Below, piece after piece: positions 40,334 through 52,200 of a stretch of DNA of 64,000 bases. How positions within the stretch are numbered: the first letter of the stretch is position 1; every line of letters starts with the position of its first letter. The stretch spans positions 38,006,001-38,070,000 of the forward strand of contig CM060733.1 in the NCBI GenBank assembly GCA_030704615.1, written 5' to 3'. Origin of the DNA: Takakia lepidozioides (Eukaryota > Plantae > Bryophyta). Below the pieces are notes generated by a model. It searched no databases. It had not been told where the DNA came from and was given only the letters and a program-made list of their open reading frames with translations. The position numbers were made by a program, and so were the translations under genes.

Positions 40334-42580
40334 TCACCAGTAATCCCCACAGGAACAAATCCCATCTTGGAAGTGGTGAAAACGGTTGACATCGCGCAGA
40401 ACAATTAATCGCCCTACAATCTTTGAGATGAACTTGGTGGCAGTGTGACAGTCACCGCACACACGAAGGTTCTTGATGACATGGACGGGCGTCTCAGGGG
40501 GTGTGCTGATCAGGCCAAGAGCAATGGCCAGCTTCTCACTATGGTGGACAAGTGAATATTCCTTCTGCTCCTCCTCCACATCATGTAGTACAAAGCTTGT
40601 GTCAGGCACATACCCAGCTTCCTTCATATGCCCAGACAATCTCTGCAGCTCAGCATGGATTTCCTCAATTTGTGGATGCAATCTATCATCTACAAGGAAT
40701 TTATTCACCCGGTTGTTGATCTCAATGAAGCTGCATCCTTGCTCTTTTCTCACACCTCTGTCCTTCATCAATTTTCTCACCTTTGCCTTATCATCCCACC
40801 TGCCAGCTGCAGCATAGATGTTAGATAGCAGCACATAAATTGCAGCTTGCTCTGGGTGCCACTTGAGAAGGCATTTAGCTGCATGTTCCGCTAGCTCCAC
40901 ATGACCATGAATTCTGCAGGCACCAAGCAAGGCCCCCCACACAGAAGCACCTGGTTCGACTGGCATTTTGTTAATAAAATCCTCTGCCACATCCAATTGT
41001 CCTGCACGGCCAAGAATGTCTACCATGCAGCCAAAGTGCTCCTCTGTAGGAATTAGGCCATGATCTCGAGTCATGGAATCAAAGTAGTGACAACCTTCAT
41101 CTACTAGGCCCACATGGCTACATGCAGAGAGAAGAGATACAAAGGTGATAGCATCTGGTTGCAAGAATTCCTGTTGCATTTGTTCAAAGAGTTGGATGGC
41201 CTCCCTGCCACACCCATGGTGAGCATATCCTGCAATCATAGTGTTCCATGAGAACAAATCTTGTTGGGTCATTTTGTCAAACAATTGATGTGCAATCTTT
41301 ATGCTCCCGCATTTGCCATACATATCAACAAGGGTATTCTCCAGAATGATATCTGGCACAATTCCACTTTTGCTGATTCCAGCATGGACATCTTTGCCCG
41401 TTGCCAGGGCTCCCAGACTGGCACACTGTTTGAGAATGCAATTATATGTGACCATGTCAGGCGTCACCCCTTCCTGTATCATTTGCTCGTAGATCTCAAA
41501 AACCTCCCCACCACACCCATGCTGAGCGTATCCTGCAATCATGGCATTCCATGACACCACATTCCGTTTAGCCATTTTGTCGAAGACTATACGTGCATCC
41601 CTTATGCTCCCACATTTAGCATACATGTCGACAAGGGCAGTCTCCAGAATTGTCTCTGGAGCACTTCCGGTTTTGATAATATCAGCATGGACAGCTTTGC
41701 CGTTTTCTAAAGTTCCTAGGCTGGCACACACATTAAGAATACAAATGAATGTGACTGTGTCAGGGGCAAAATCTTCCTGTTGCATTTGCTTGTAGATCTC
41801 GAAAGCCTCCCCGGCGCAACGATGCTGAGCATATCCTGCAATCATGGCATTCCATGACACCACATTGCGGTTGGTCATATTGTCAAAAACTTGACGCGCA
41901 TCTTCTATGCTCCCGCATTTGGCATACATATCAGCCAGCGCAGTCTCCAGAATCATATCTGGCCCAATTCCAGCTTTGATAATGTCAGCATGGACCTGTT
42001 TCCCTTTTTCCAGGGCTCCTAGGCGGGCACACGCATTGAGAACACAAACAAATGTGACCTTGTCGGGCATCATCCCTCCCCATTGCATTTGCTCATAGAT
42101 CTCCAAAGCCTCCCTACCGCAGCCATGCTTGGCATATCCTGCCATCATTATAGTCCACGTAAACAGATTTCGTTCAGGCATTTTGTCGAACACTTGCCGT
42201 GCATCCATCAGACTCCCGCACTTGGAATACATGTTGATTAGAGTGTTGAGTAGAAAGATGTTTGGCTTGAATCCACTTTTGATGATGTATGCATGCACCT
42301 GCTTTCCCTTTATTAGGTCTTTCATGTTGATGCACTCCTGCAAGACACAGACATAAGTTTTGCAGTCTGTCCACATGTCCCATCGGTGCAAAGTATTCTG
42401 CACTTTTTCCAGTCGTCCAGCCTTACATTGTGTACTCACATGCTCACACGTGCCAAGAGAGTCCTCGTTGACTCCTGGCCTCGATCTTCTTTCTAAGGGG
42501 GTGGCAGTCACAATGGTGGACATGGTAACCCTGCCGCCAGTCTGCCCAACAACAATCTGTAGCTGATTCAGCCCTACCAT
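40334..42580 (-). CDS. PLS-class PPR protein with E1/E2 and complete DYW deaminase (C-to-U editing factor), main exon
   Basis: 748-aa ORF, 14 PLS motifs, HHSEKLA and CGDCH zinc ligands, terminal CSCGDYW. Confidence 0.95.
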   Translation of the reverse strand: MVGLNQLQIVVGQTGGRVTMSTIVTATPLERRSRPGVNEDSLGTCEHVSTQCKAGRLEKVQNTLHRWDMWTDCKTYVCVLQECINMKDLIKGKQVHAYIIKSGFKPNIFLLNTLINMYSKCGSLMDARQVFDKMPERNLFTWTIMMAGYAKHGCGREALEIYEQMQWGGMMPDKVTFVCVLNACARLGALEKGKQVHADIIKAGIGPDMILETALADMYAKCGSIEDARQVFDNMTNRNVVSWNAMIAGYAQHRCAGEAFEIYKQMQQEDFAPDTVTFICILNVCASLGTLENGKAVHADIIKTGSAPETILETALVDMYAKCGSIRDARIVFDKMAKRNVVSWNAMIAGYAQHGCGGEVFEIYEQMIQEGVTPDMVTYNCILKQCASLGALATGKDVHAGISKSGIVPDIILENTLVDMYGKCGSIKIAHQLFDKMTQQDLFSWNTMIAGYAHHGCGREAIQLFEQMQQEFLQPDAITFVSLLSACSHVGLVDEGCHYFDSMTRDHGLIPTEEHFGCMVDILGRAGQLDVAEDFINKMPVEPGASVWGALLGACRIHGHVELAEHAAKCLLKWHPEQAAIYVLLSNIYAAAGRWDDKAKVRKLMKDRGVRKEQGCSFIEINNRVNKFLVDDRLHPQIEEIHAELQRLSGHMKEAGYVPDTSFVLHDVEEEQKEYSLVHHSEKLAIALGLISTPPETPVHVIKNLRVCGDCHTATKFISKIVGRLIVLRDVNRFHHFQDGICSCGDYW

Positions 42581-42768
42581 CCTGCATGACTTGCAGCTCT
42601 TAGATACAATTGCAAATATATCTCAGAGCTCTCAGATACTTAATCAAAAGATCTCTTCATGAGGACAGCATCCTTGCTACATACTTCAGGGGTTGCAAAC
42701 CTATATTTCTTATCTACTTCGAAGAAAAACTGAACAATTCTTCATATTTGAGTTTGAAACCAAAATAC

Positions 42769-43265
42769 CTGTTGTATTCTAGGGCCAGCTCCCCATGGTG
42801 CACAAGGACATTAGGACTACCACCACATTGTGGTCGTAGTAGTGTCATGGCAGCTAGCTCTCCAAGGAGGGTTGACCATCCCTCAATCCAAAGGACCTCT
42901 TTTGTGCATTTATCTCTTTAGTCTGCCGCTTTGGGACTTTTCTCTGAAAACCATTGGTTGCCAACTGAGGAACCATAGCTCAAGCACATCTTCCTGTAGA
43001 CCAGATTGCAGACACAAAAGCACCGGTCATCTTTCAAAAATCACAGGTGCCAACATTGAATAATTATACCTCTGCTGTTACCTTTTAGAGAAAATTGTCA
43101 TGAATTCAGGAGATAAATCCATGCACAAAACATCATCATGCGAGCTTTAGTCACACCACCTCCTGTCAAAAACTTTGGAGTCCGAAATGAAGGTAAAATC
43201 ACCTTATCAAAGCTGTTGTCCCACCACTCTGAAGGGTATGACAGGAAATCCTGTTCTGTGCTCAT
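42769..43265 (-). other. Two upstream exons encoding a damaged PDF motif, spliceable in frame to the PPR-DYW ORF
   Basis: 43265-43203 MSTEQDFLSYPSEWWDNSFDK|gt; 42941-42769 KSPKAAD*RDKCTKEVLWIEGWST..EYN; GT-AG intron 42768-42582 restores R-MVGLNQ; TAA at 42918-42920. Confidence 0.75.
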
Positions 43266-46061
43266 TCTGGTCTGCATGCAACAACTGCGAGGACATGAGA
43301 ACGTTCCAACTACATAAGAGGATACGTCACAGCAATTTTCAAAGGGAACAATCTATGCATTCATCTCCCTGACACTCCATCAGTTGATTGCCCTGCACTA
43401 TTTGAGAAGGACATCACGACGCTGTAGCTCCTGCATTACGAAGTTAACTCACAATGCTTGCACTTCTAGGAACTTCCAGAGGACTTCAGTGGGTCATGTA
43501 GGGAGCCCGGATCTCACCAATTACAGACCAAAACGACACGCCAGAATGACAGTTGTTATTCCAATTGCGGCTCTACACTGCTCACACCACTCGGTGTCTC
43601 ATCTGTGGTAACCAGCCCCCTGCGTTACCGAGTGAGCTCAACACTTTTTCAGCAACTTGCAGTGAATTTCCGTGGGCCCTTATGGAGCCTGGATGTCAGC
43701 AATTACAGACCCACAAAAAAACCCATAAATTATTCGTATTTACCTTTCTTCCGTTTCCATACAAGATGGGGAGGTGTCATATCCATCACTTGCAAGGGTG
43801 TCCAGCCCGGAAGACCCAAGGTGGATACCAATTGCAGTTTCACAGTCTCGCCCTTGAAGCTGTTGCATTATGTCAGGCATCCCGTCCATTTCCTCGGATG
43901 TACTCTGCCTGCAAGCTCAAAGTATGTTTACATGGACCTGAGAAGCTCCGGACTCGTCCTGGCCCTCCAAGGAAACTGCCTTCAGAGAAAGACGAGGAAG
44001 TGGAAGAACTGAGAGTTTTTCACATCAAGTAATTCGACCGGGTATGTCCAGTCCTTCCAGTCGTCAACCGTTATGTACGAAAATACAATATTTGGACATA
44101 CTGTACATATGTTAGTAGTCTCAGTCTCGTATGTTGGGGACCCGAATGCCCTCTAGCTTCTGGGAGCTCGAGAGTGTGCAGAAATCGCAGCTATGGCAAT
44201 GGCCCTCCTCGCCTATCTCGAGAAATTTGTGAAATGAATTTTGGTTCTCCTCCTCGTGATCTTGCAGTTCCCCAATTTTTCAAGCTTTTACAAAAAGGCC
44301 CAGAATTTGGAGAGTGAATCTAAAACTTCGTCCTTCCTTTTCTTCCATCGCAGCTCTGTGCATTCAAGTTGCTAGAAGACCAGTACCTGGCGATGATGTC
44401 AGCTATAGAACAATCTTGACCGGGTTCCCCTTTAAGATGAGAGACACGGTCCTCTGATAGCAATGCTGTGAAGGACATGGCGATTGCACTGGCTGCAATC
44501 TGGTCGAGAGAGAGAGCTCGATTGGTATCTCGTGCGCAGCCTCACTGGGTTGATGAAAGATTGTAGTAATTGGTTGTACGTGTAGATTGTGAATTCAGAG
44601 GCACGGGCCGGAGAATTGGCCCTACCGAATTGGAGGACGACGGAGGGCTTTGTCCGCCATATGTTAGTGCCTGGGTGTTGAGGTGGGATCGTATATGAAT
44701 GTGCGAGATTTTCGGAGCACGTGGTGGCAGACCAATGTTGAGAGATTGGGAGGTTCATCTCTCTAGTGCTTTTTGCAAAGGACAAATGAATTGTTGGCCA
44801 TGGTGCCTGCAAACCTTTCCGCCATGCCTTCAGCTGTCCTCTCTCAAGCCAAGGGAGGTGGAAGGAAAGATGGAGGGTCGTCTACCTCAGGGTTGTCTGG
44901 AACTCCAGCGACCTCAGCTGCATCCATGAGCTCCGGGTCTGCTGGGGACGACCCATTATCTACCTCCCCTACGGTAATCGCTTCCCTCTGCTACTCGAAG
45001 TGCAGCTTTGGTATTCAAGTTTTTGCTCGAATTTAGGTGTTGAAGTCTGCGAATAAGGAGTATTTTTTTCAAGTTTGTGACTTTGATACTCAGGATTAGA
45101 AATAGAACAACGTGCCAGGGCAGCCAAAGCTAACTGAGCCAACAAAACCACTGGCAGCTTTTCGGAAAAGACACTTGCAGCAGATCTTGTACATTGGAAC
45201 CTATCACATTTTAGGCCTTTTAAGTAACATGCCTGAGTTTCACTCTGTAAATTGCGTTGCAAGTGTGACGTGATTGATCGAGCTTTTGTTATCTCACAAG
45301 AGCGACGCAAGAGAGATTAGACTCTTAGACTCTTGTTATCTTTGACGTTTCTTCTGTGGGATGCGAAAGGGATTTTTGATCTGTGTACTGTGGGCGGGCA
45401 GTCTTTTCTCCCCAAAATCTCAAAGGGATCCACCCAAGCTGAGACTCAAAAGGAGGATGCTCGAACACCTTTGAATTTTCTGTAAGTCTGCCCCCAGAGG
45501 AACTTTTCAAGTATCTCTGTCCAGACTTTTGCTTCACCTAGTCACTTTGTCTATGATTCTACAGGTGGTCAGTGTGCTTTGTCCTCTTTGTGCACACCAC
45601 ACACATGCACTTTTGATAGTTGGCGATGACCTTTCCTTCTGGGAACCCTCTCAGAGCCAATTTCAGGCACAACACCTTCACCTAGTCACTTGTGTGTATG
45701 ATTCTGGAGGTGGGCAGTAGGTGTTGCCCTGCATGTGCAGAAAGAGCAAGATGTACTTATTGATAGTTTGGTAATTCTTTCTGTCTAAGGATAGTCCTGC
45801 AGAATGCTAAGTGGCAGTTGTAGGGCTTTCAGTCACAAGGGTCTAAGAGGAGAGAGGGAGATGCTGGCTGGCCGGCATTTCCTGTTTCACAAGTTAGTGA
45901 TCAAGGTTTTTGGGTTATAAAGTTTGATCGGGGATCCAGAAAAGAGAGAGGGAGAAAGAGAAAGAAGAAAGAGAGACATGTATTATGCCCATGGGAGGCT
46001 CAAGAGCCTTAGGGATACACGTAGAATAACGCAGTAGAACCATAGAGACCCCACACAGAGA

Positions 46062-46102
46062 TTGTACTCATAAGACGTTGTTGCCGTAGCCTTGTGGCCA
46101 TT
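46062..46102 (-). mobile_element. ~41-nt 3' tip of the (TC)-tailed LINE family with 15-bp TSD
   Basis: Reverse complement of aatggccacaaggctacggc..gtcttatgagtacaa; TSD gaccccacacagaga at 46047-46061 and 46103-46117. Confidence 0.9.
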
Positions 46103-46252
46103 GACCCCACACAGAGAGAGACATAGAATGGTGGGGAGTAAGCGATCGCCAGATTAAAAGACTCGATGATTTCATGGGGATCAATGCACTGTTTATGATA
46201 CAGTAAAATGGTAATGCACCCTTGCCTCTTTTGTCCTCTCTTGTGAACCCAG

Positions 46253-49200
46253 ATATTCTGAGCCAGGAAAGGGCTCAGCAGTAGAACAATGGAAGAAGTT
46301 GGCCAGGAAGACAGAGATAGAATTGCATGTGGAAAAAGATCAGCATCAAGCTAGTCGCGTGAGAGATTGCGAGATTATTGAGCACCTCAATCACAGGTCA
46401 GTCCCTCTTTATATGTGTGTGTGTGTGTGTGTGTATATAAGTCCATGTGCGTGCACCACTCTGAATCACTACTTAACTTTTGAGTAGCATTTCCTCAGTA
46501 GCCTATCTCCCCTCCACTGACATCTTTAGACCCGAAAGGCGTATGGTACCAGAAGTTCCAAGTGAATGCACCCACAGACTAATGGCATACCAAAGACGTT
46601 GGTTGTGCAGATTCTACCCCAAAGATATGGTCTAATTCGGTAGCAGTCACAAAATTGATCCATCCTCTGACCCCCAATATGTCCACAGGTCTGACACTGC
46701 CATCACAGTGTCTAGGAAGTGCATGAAGGAAAAAAGAGAGGTAGAGAAGTAAGAGAAGAAAGAAAGAAGACGAGTTTGACATCCAAAAATTTACTGAGTA
46801 CACTGCTCAACGTATAGAATGATGAGAGAATGACCTTTGTTACAGAGTGAATTTTTTTCCTTTGGTTATTGTCTCTCACTTCCTTACCTCAGCTTGCAGC
46901 AGGTAGCCCAGTGGATAGGCCATCTGGCTTTCTAGGTGGTCTTTTACCCAAATTCTACGTCCACTCAGTTGCAGGCAGCCACTGCGTCACCTCATTGGGC
47001 ACTGGAGCTTCCAAGTCTCCTAGGGGAAGCATTTGGCAAAATCTGGCCTGTTCACACTGTTAATGGCCACTAAAAAGTGCCCCTCGTACAGCAGGAAGCA
47101 GCCTTAACAGGTCAAGGAATACATGCCGATTCCAGCCGCCATCATTCTTTTCCCTTTAAAAAAAAATTCATAAACCAGTTGACATTGTCCACGAGATCAG
47201 GATAGAAGCTTTGGAAGGAGCAGCTCAAGAGAGGGGGACTGCACTTGTCAATCAACTCAAGAAGATTAAACAGTTGCGAAATGATCTAGATTCTACTAGC
47301 AAGGTAATTCTGTTAGAGTGAGGTGTTCATTTGTGACCTGTTAAATGTTCAAAACTATGTTGGTCAGATTATTTTGCATTGCCACCCCTGCTGCTCTCTC
47401 TCTGAAGTTTGAGAACCCGAGGTGCCTGGTACCTGCATGAGACTTATTTTTGTGGTATCTTGTTATTCTACTTTGTTGCATGGGCCTAATGTCCCCCTGT
47501 ATACGTTAAAAGGTCTCTCGCTCCCTCTCTTGATGGAAGTTTTATATGTTCGTTTCTTTCTTCTTCCTCCTCCCATGCCTTTGGGCCTCCTATGGACAAT
47601 GATGTTTTCTTCTTTTTTGTATCGCAAAAGTCAGAATCAGTTGAAACAAGCCTCCCTGGCTTTTACTCTCTTCCTGTACACCCCTTCTGTTCCCTGTCCA
47701 AAGGCTGAACCAAAAACACAAATAACATTACCTCTGGATCTTGCAATGACTGCTGTTGTATACTACATACCAAGTAGGTCGCCAGTAAGGCAGGCCAGGA
47801 GGATGGATATGTGCCCTTTGACCTCTCCCTGCATACATTGCCTGTACGTATGATTAAGGGCTTAGAGTGGGTTTCACCCAGCCTGATTGTGATATCAGCA
47901 TGCAAAAGCAGGGGTTGTCATGTCCAAAGTTTGCCTGCCAACCCTTTCTCAGGTCTATCTATTGAAAAAACACAAATGCCTGCAGGGGACCTTGGCTTCT
48001 GGGTTCCCCAGATGAGGAGCCGAGAAAGGGAACAGCAGTGTGTACTGGAGCCTGGATCCTCATGGCTGGTGGCACAGTACATACACGCCCCAATCCCCAA
48101 ACTTCTTGCTGATCCAGCCAATTCTGGCACCAGCAAGAGAAAGGGGTTGGGCATGGAAATCGGCCAGTAGTCCCTGCAGGGTTCTAACCCGCCTGGGGCG
48201 GCACGGGTAATCATGATGTACTAGTTGGACGAGAGAGTGAGACATTCCAGAGGTGCAGCATCTAGCAGCACCCTGAATTGGGTGAATTTGTCACTCCAAT
48301 TTGTTCTTACTAGAGCTCTATCCGGAGAGGTTGTTAATCTAATTCTGGTCAACAGGACAATTGCACCCCGAGAAATTGGCTGTAAGGTCTTGCTTGTAGG
48401 GAATGCATTGGATGTCTGCTGCGAATTTCTTAACAGGTCTAGGTAACTTATCAGCCAATTTTAGCGACCTTGTCTTCGTGATGGTAAGGTGGGTGGTGTC
48501 AACAGTTTCATATCACAGCTCAAGTGTCCTTACATGGTGAATTCATCCTTGAAACCACTTCTGACTTATGTATGACATGCAAAGGTTTGAGTGCAGAATT
48601 TTGAGAGGAAGGTAGCGAAACTTCAAGGCCAATCAGACCAGATGCAACAGAAGCTTTCGATGGTGATGGGAGAGAGTGAACAAAAGGTGAGCCCTCTGCT
48701 TTTTACACTGGGCATGGAGGAGATAATTTCATATTCAGGACCAACCCCTATATAAGCTTGCATTGGGTCATTCAGGAGGAAGTACTCCGACAGGTTGGAA
48801 GTGAAATCTGGAGGTATAAATCGATCACATTATATGAGGCCTAAAGGTAAGGACTTACTACTAGGTAAAGAGGGACGACTAACTAACTCCCAAGTTCAGC
48901 CAGAGGTTGGAACTTCCACCAGTGTCTGACTATATGATGGGGAGGTAAGATGGAACACTGATGTTCTCTGACGCTTAGCATATGGTATGTAGAACATTCT
49001 GCGTCCCCATATTTTAGGGGCTTTCAGATGCCTGTTGACCTTTCTAAACAGGGCTTGACGAAATGATTACTTGATTTGTGATGGGGTCTGACAGATTTTG
49101 AAGCTGAAACAAGAGTTAGAGTATTCTAACGCATGCACAGAAGTTCTAAAAGATTGAGGAAATCTGTTTGTACATAGAGGTATCTTCAGAGAGTATTTAC

Positions 49201-52200
49201 CAGCCTGATGCGGCTGATAGAGAGGATGATCCCACTGGCGAGGAAAGTAATGGTGGCCGGCCACAGCTGAAAGGGTGGGCAAGGTATAATAGTGGTATCC
49301 GTGCGTCCCCAGGTCCAGTGGAGGGCCCTTCAGGTCTCCTTCTGTCAGGGTCAAGGTGGAGAATGGAACAATCCACAAAGAAAAAAAGCCCAGGAGAAGT
49401 TTCAGAGAGTGGGGTGTTGTTGGATGAGATCGTGAAGAGGAAAGGAGGTCCAAGATTTTGCAGCACCAGCCTGCTCAAATGTGGGCCTGTCGTACTTGAG
49501 ACGTCTCGCAGCGTATCTGCATGAGGCATTACATCTAGACAATCCGTTCATCAATAATTGTTGTTGTTGGGCTGCTTGTTTGTGGGCCCCATTTTCTTTC
49601 TTGTATCCTGCTTTCTCTTGTCCTGTAACAATATGAAGTACCATTTCCATTCATTTCATATCTCTCTGTGGTTCTACTATGTTTTCCAGCCTGTTGCCCA
49701 TGGGCCCTCAGGACCCTCAGTGAGCATCAAAAAGTGTCTTTCTTTCCTTTTTCTTTCTTGTACTAAGGTATTTTCTTCTTCTCTCAAGCTTTCTTGCTTT
49801 TCTCTTCTCAAGGCTTTGGCAAGCCCTCGCAATGAACCCCAGAGCAGCTTCAGTTGATGCTTTATTTGAGCGTCTGTGGGTGTTGTAAATGAATAATGTT
49901 ATCTATTGGCCAGATTCTGGTTGTTGACCTCAGTACTGGTGAGACAACACCCCACCTAGTGTAAAGGCAATGTGTGGTTTATTAAAATTGACAAGTAGAT
50001 CCTGCACCTATACATCTGTGAGGCAAGTTTCATACAGAGGTATCCCTTTGTGGACTTTTATAGGTTTGCATCAAATTATAGACACGAGTTATGTGTTCTA
50101 TGTGATATTCACATACAGGAGAATGGCTTTTGTCCCTTTGAGGGAATAATCTCTGACCAGATCTATCCAACTACAGTTTGGTGAGAACGGGTTTGGTAGA
50201 TGATGGGGAAAAGAAGTCTATGTGAACCAGATCGGTGATATCTAGTAACAGAGTGGAATCTAATGGAAACTATGGCAGACACAGTTGTCAAGGGAAAAAG
50301 ATGCCAGGATCAAGGGACTGGTGCAAGAAGCAGGTTTATTCAAGAAAAGGTCCAAGGAAGCTACCTGCAGTAAAGATGAGATAGGGGGGTTTCTGCAAAT
50401 GGTGATGGCAGATCGTGATACTGCTCAGGTGACTTCTCTCTCTGTCTCTCTCTCTCTCTCTCTCCCCCCTCTCCCTGTCCTCTAGGAAGCCTATTGACAT
50501 TGGTGGACTTGATACGGGAGTACAATAATGTCTCTGTGACTAAATGCCGGCCTTGTGACCTCGTGTCCTTGTTTGTTTCGACCTGAAGCGCTTTGCTTCA
50601 GGTAAGGTAGTGCATTGGATTTAGTTGGAAAGCTTGGGGCCTTTCCCTCTTTAGAATATGCCTACACGGGCCATTCCCTGCAACTCCCTGGAGTGTGATC
50701 TCTGAATGGTAACAAGCGGACTCCTACCGCTTGGGGGCAGCCCCCCCGCCCAAATTGGGCAGTCGTATGCTCTGTCTAGCATACTCGGCACTTGGGCTCG
50801 GGTTGGTTCCTGTGCTTAAACTTATAGCCTGCGAGAACAATCAAAATTTTAGCTCCTATCAACATCAACACTCCTCAGGGTGATCCCTGGGAATTGGTTA
50901 CTTATCCCAAATCTAGGGCTTCATGTGTAGTTTTTGGGGTGAATCCCAGGATGGACGATGTGTCCTTTAAAACTACATGCTCTAGCTTAGGCTTGGATTT
51001 CATGGCTAATGGTACCATCTCGAGACTTGATAACAGGGGTACGTTGAAGGTTGCAATGACCAAAAGTGCTTCTAATAGAGTCCCACATCAATTCAATCTC
51101 AAAGAAGTTCGTCCCTTGACTGGCTGGAGAGCGGTCTTAGACATTGGTGATTCAATGGGGCGCTCTAGGAAGACAACCAAGGGCAACGACTTCAACTTGA
51201 GAGTTTCTAATCGGTTTGATGCTCTGGATGAGGTTGAATCCAAACAGCCAGAAGGACAAGATGCCCCTAAGTGTACGGAACCTGAACGTCCTGAATCTGA
51301 AGGATTTGGTACTCTGAATGGTTTACCAATCCTCAAGGTTTACACAAGACGAACTAATTCTATACACGGGGTAATTGCCCCAAGCCGTCAGATGGACAAT
51401 CTGTCCCTAAGTGTGCAGAGCCTGAACGTCATGTAACTGAAGGATTTGGTACTCTAAATGGTTTACCAATCCTCAAAGTCTACACAAGACGAGCAAAATC
51501 TATACACGGGGTAATTGTCCCCAAGCAGTCTGACGGACAATCTGCCCCTATGTGTGCGGGAGCCTGTGCGTGGTGTAACTGAAAGATTTGGTACCCTGAA
51601 TGGTTTACCAATTCCCAAAGTTTACACAAGAAGAGCAAAATCTACACATGGGGTAACTGTCCCCCCTTTGCAGAACGGTTGGCCGTCCAGGAGCAATCAC
51701 AAGCTACCTAGACGACAAACAATTCACATGCAAAGGGCTGGCTTGCGGCTGGCCACTTTCAACTTCTCAGGGTTGACCAACCAAAGGAAACAACTCGAAG
51801 TGGGACAAGTTCTTTGGACTAATGATATTCATATCTGTGCTGGGCAAGAAACATGGGAAACGTCGGATAAACTGGTTGGAGATGTCAATGGTTATAAATG
51901 GGCAGGTAAGATGTGTACTCTCAAGGCAGCCTCTGCCAAACGCGGTCAAAAAGGGGTTGGATTCTTTGTCCGTGATTTCTTGTTTGACAATTGTGAAATT
52001 ATCAACAAGGGTTTGAGGTACGAGCATAGTATCTGGCTAAAACTGAATCTGAAGGGCGGCATGAGTACAAAGGACCTCTTTGTGGGTTGTGTTTACATGC
52101 CCACAGAGGGGACCCTTAGTGCTGACGCAGACAAAGCCTTCGAAGATGTAAAGCTGGACTGTGCTTTGTTCCTTGCCAAAGGTCAGGTGGTACTATTGGG

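Noticed and set aside
26056-43265. Functional cluster of PMS1 with flanking PDF-PPR-DYW genes
   Set aside because: PMS1 is nuclear and PPR-DYW proteins are organellar; PPR genes are numerous, so adjacency is likely chance or local duplication.
43500-43720. Two NYRP peptides resembling a LINE RT motif
   Set aside because: No other RT motifs nearby; only a short local similarity.
47780-48230. Possible LINE C-terminal remnant (YIHAPIPK..MEIGQ)
   Set aside because: Too degenerate to support without a search.
51263-51666. CRISPR-like array
   Set aside because: Whole units are repeated with no unique spacers; eukaryotic LINE context.
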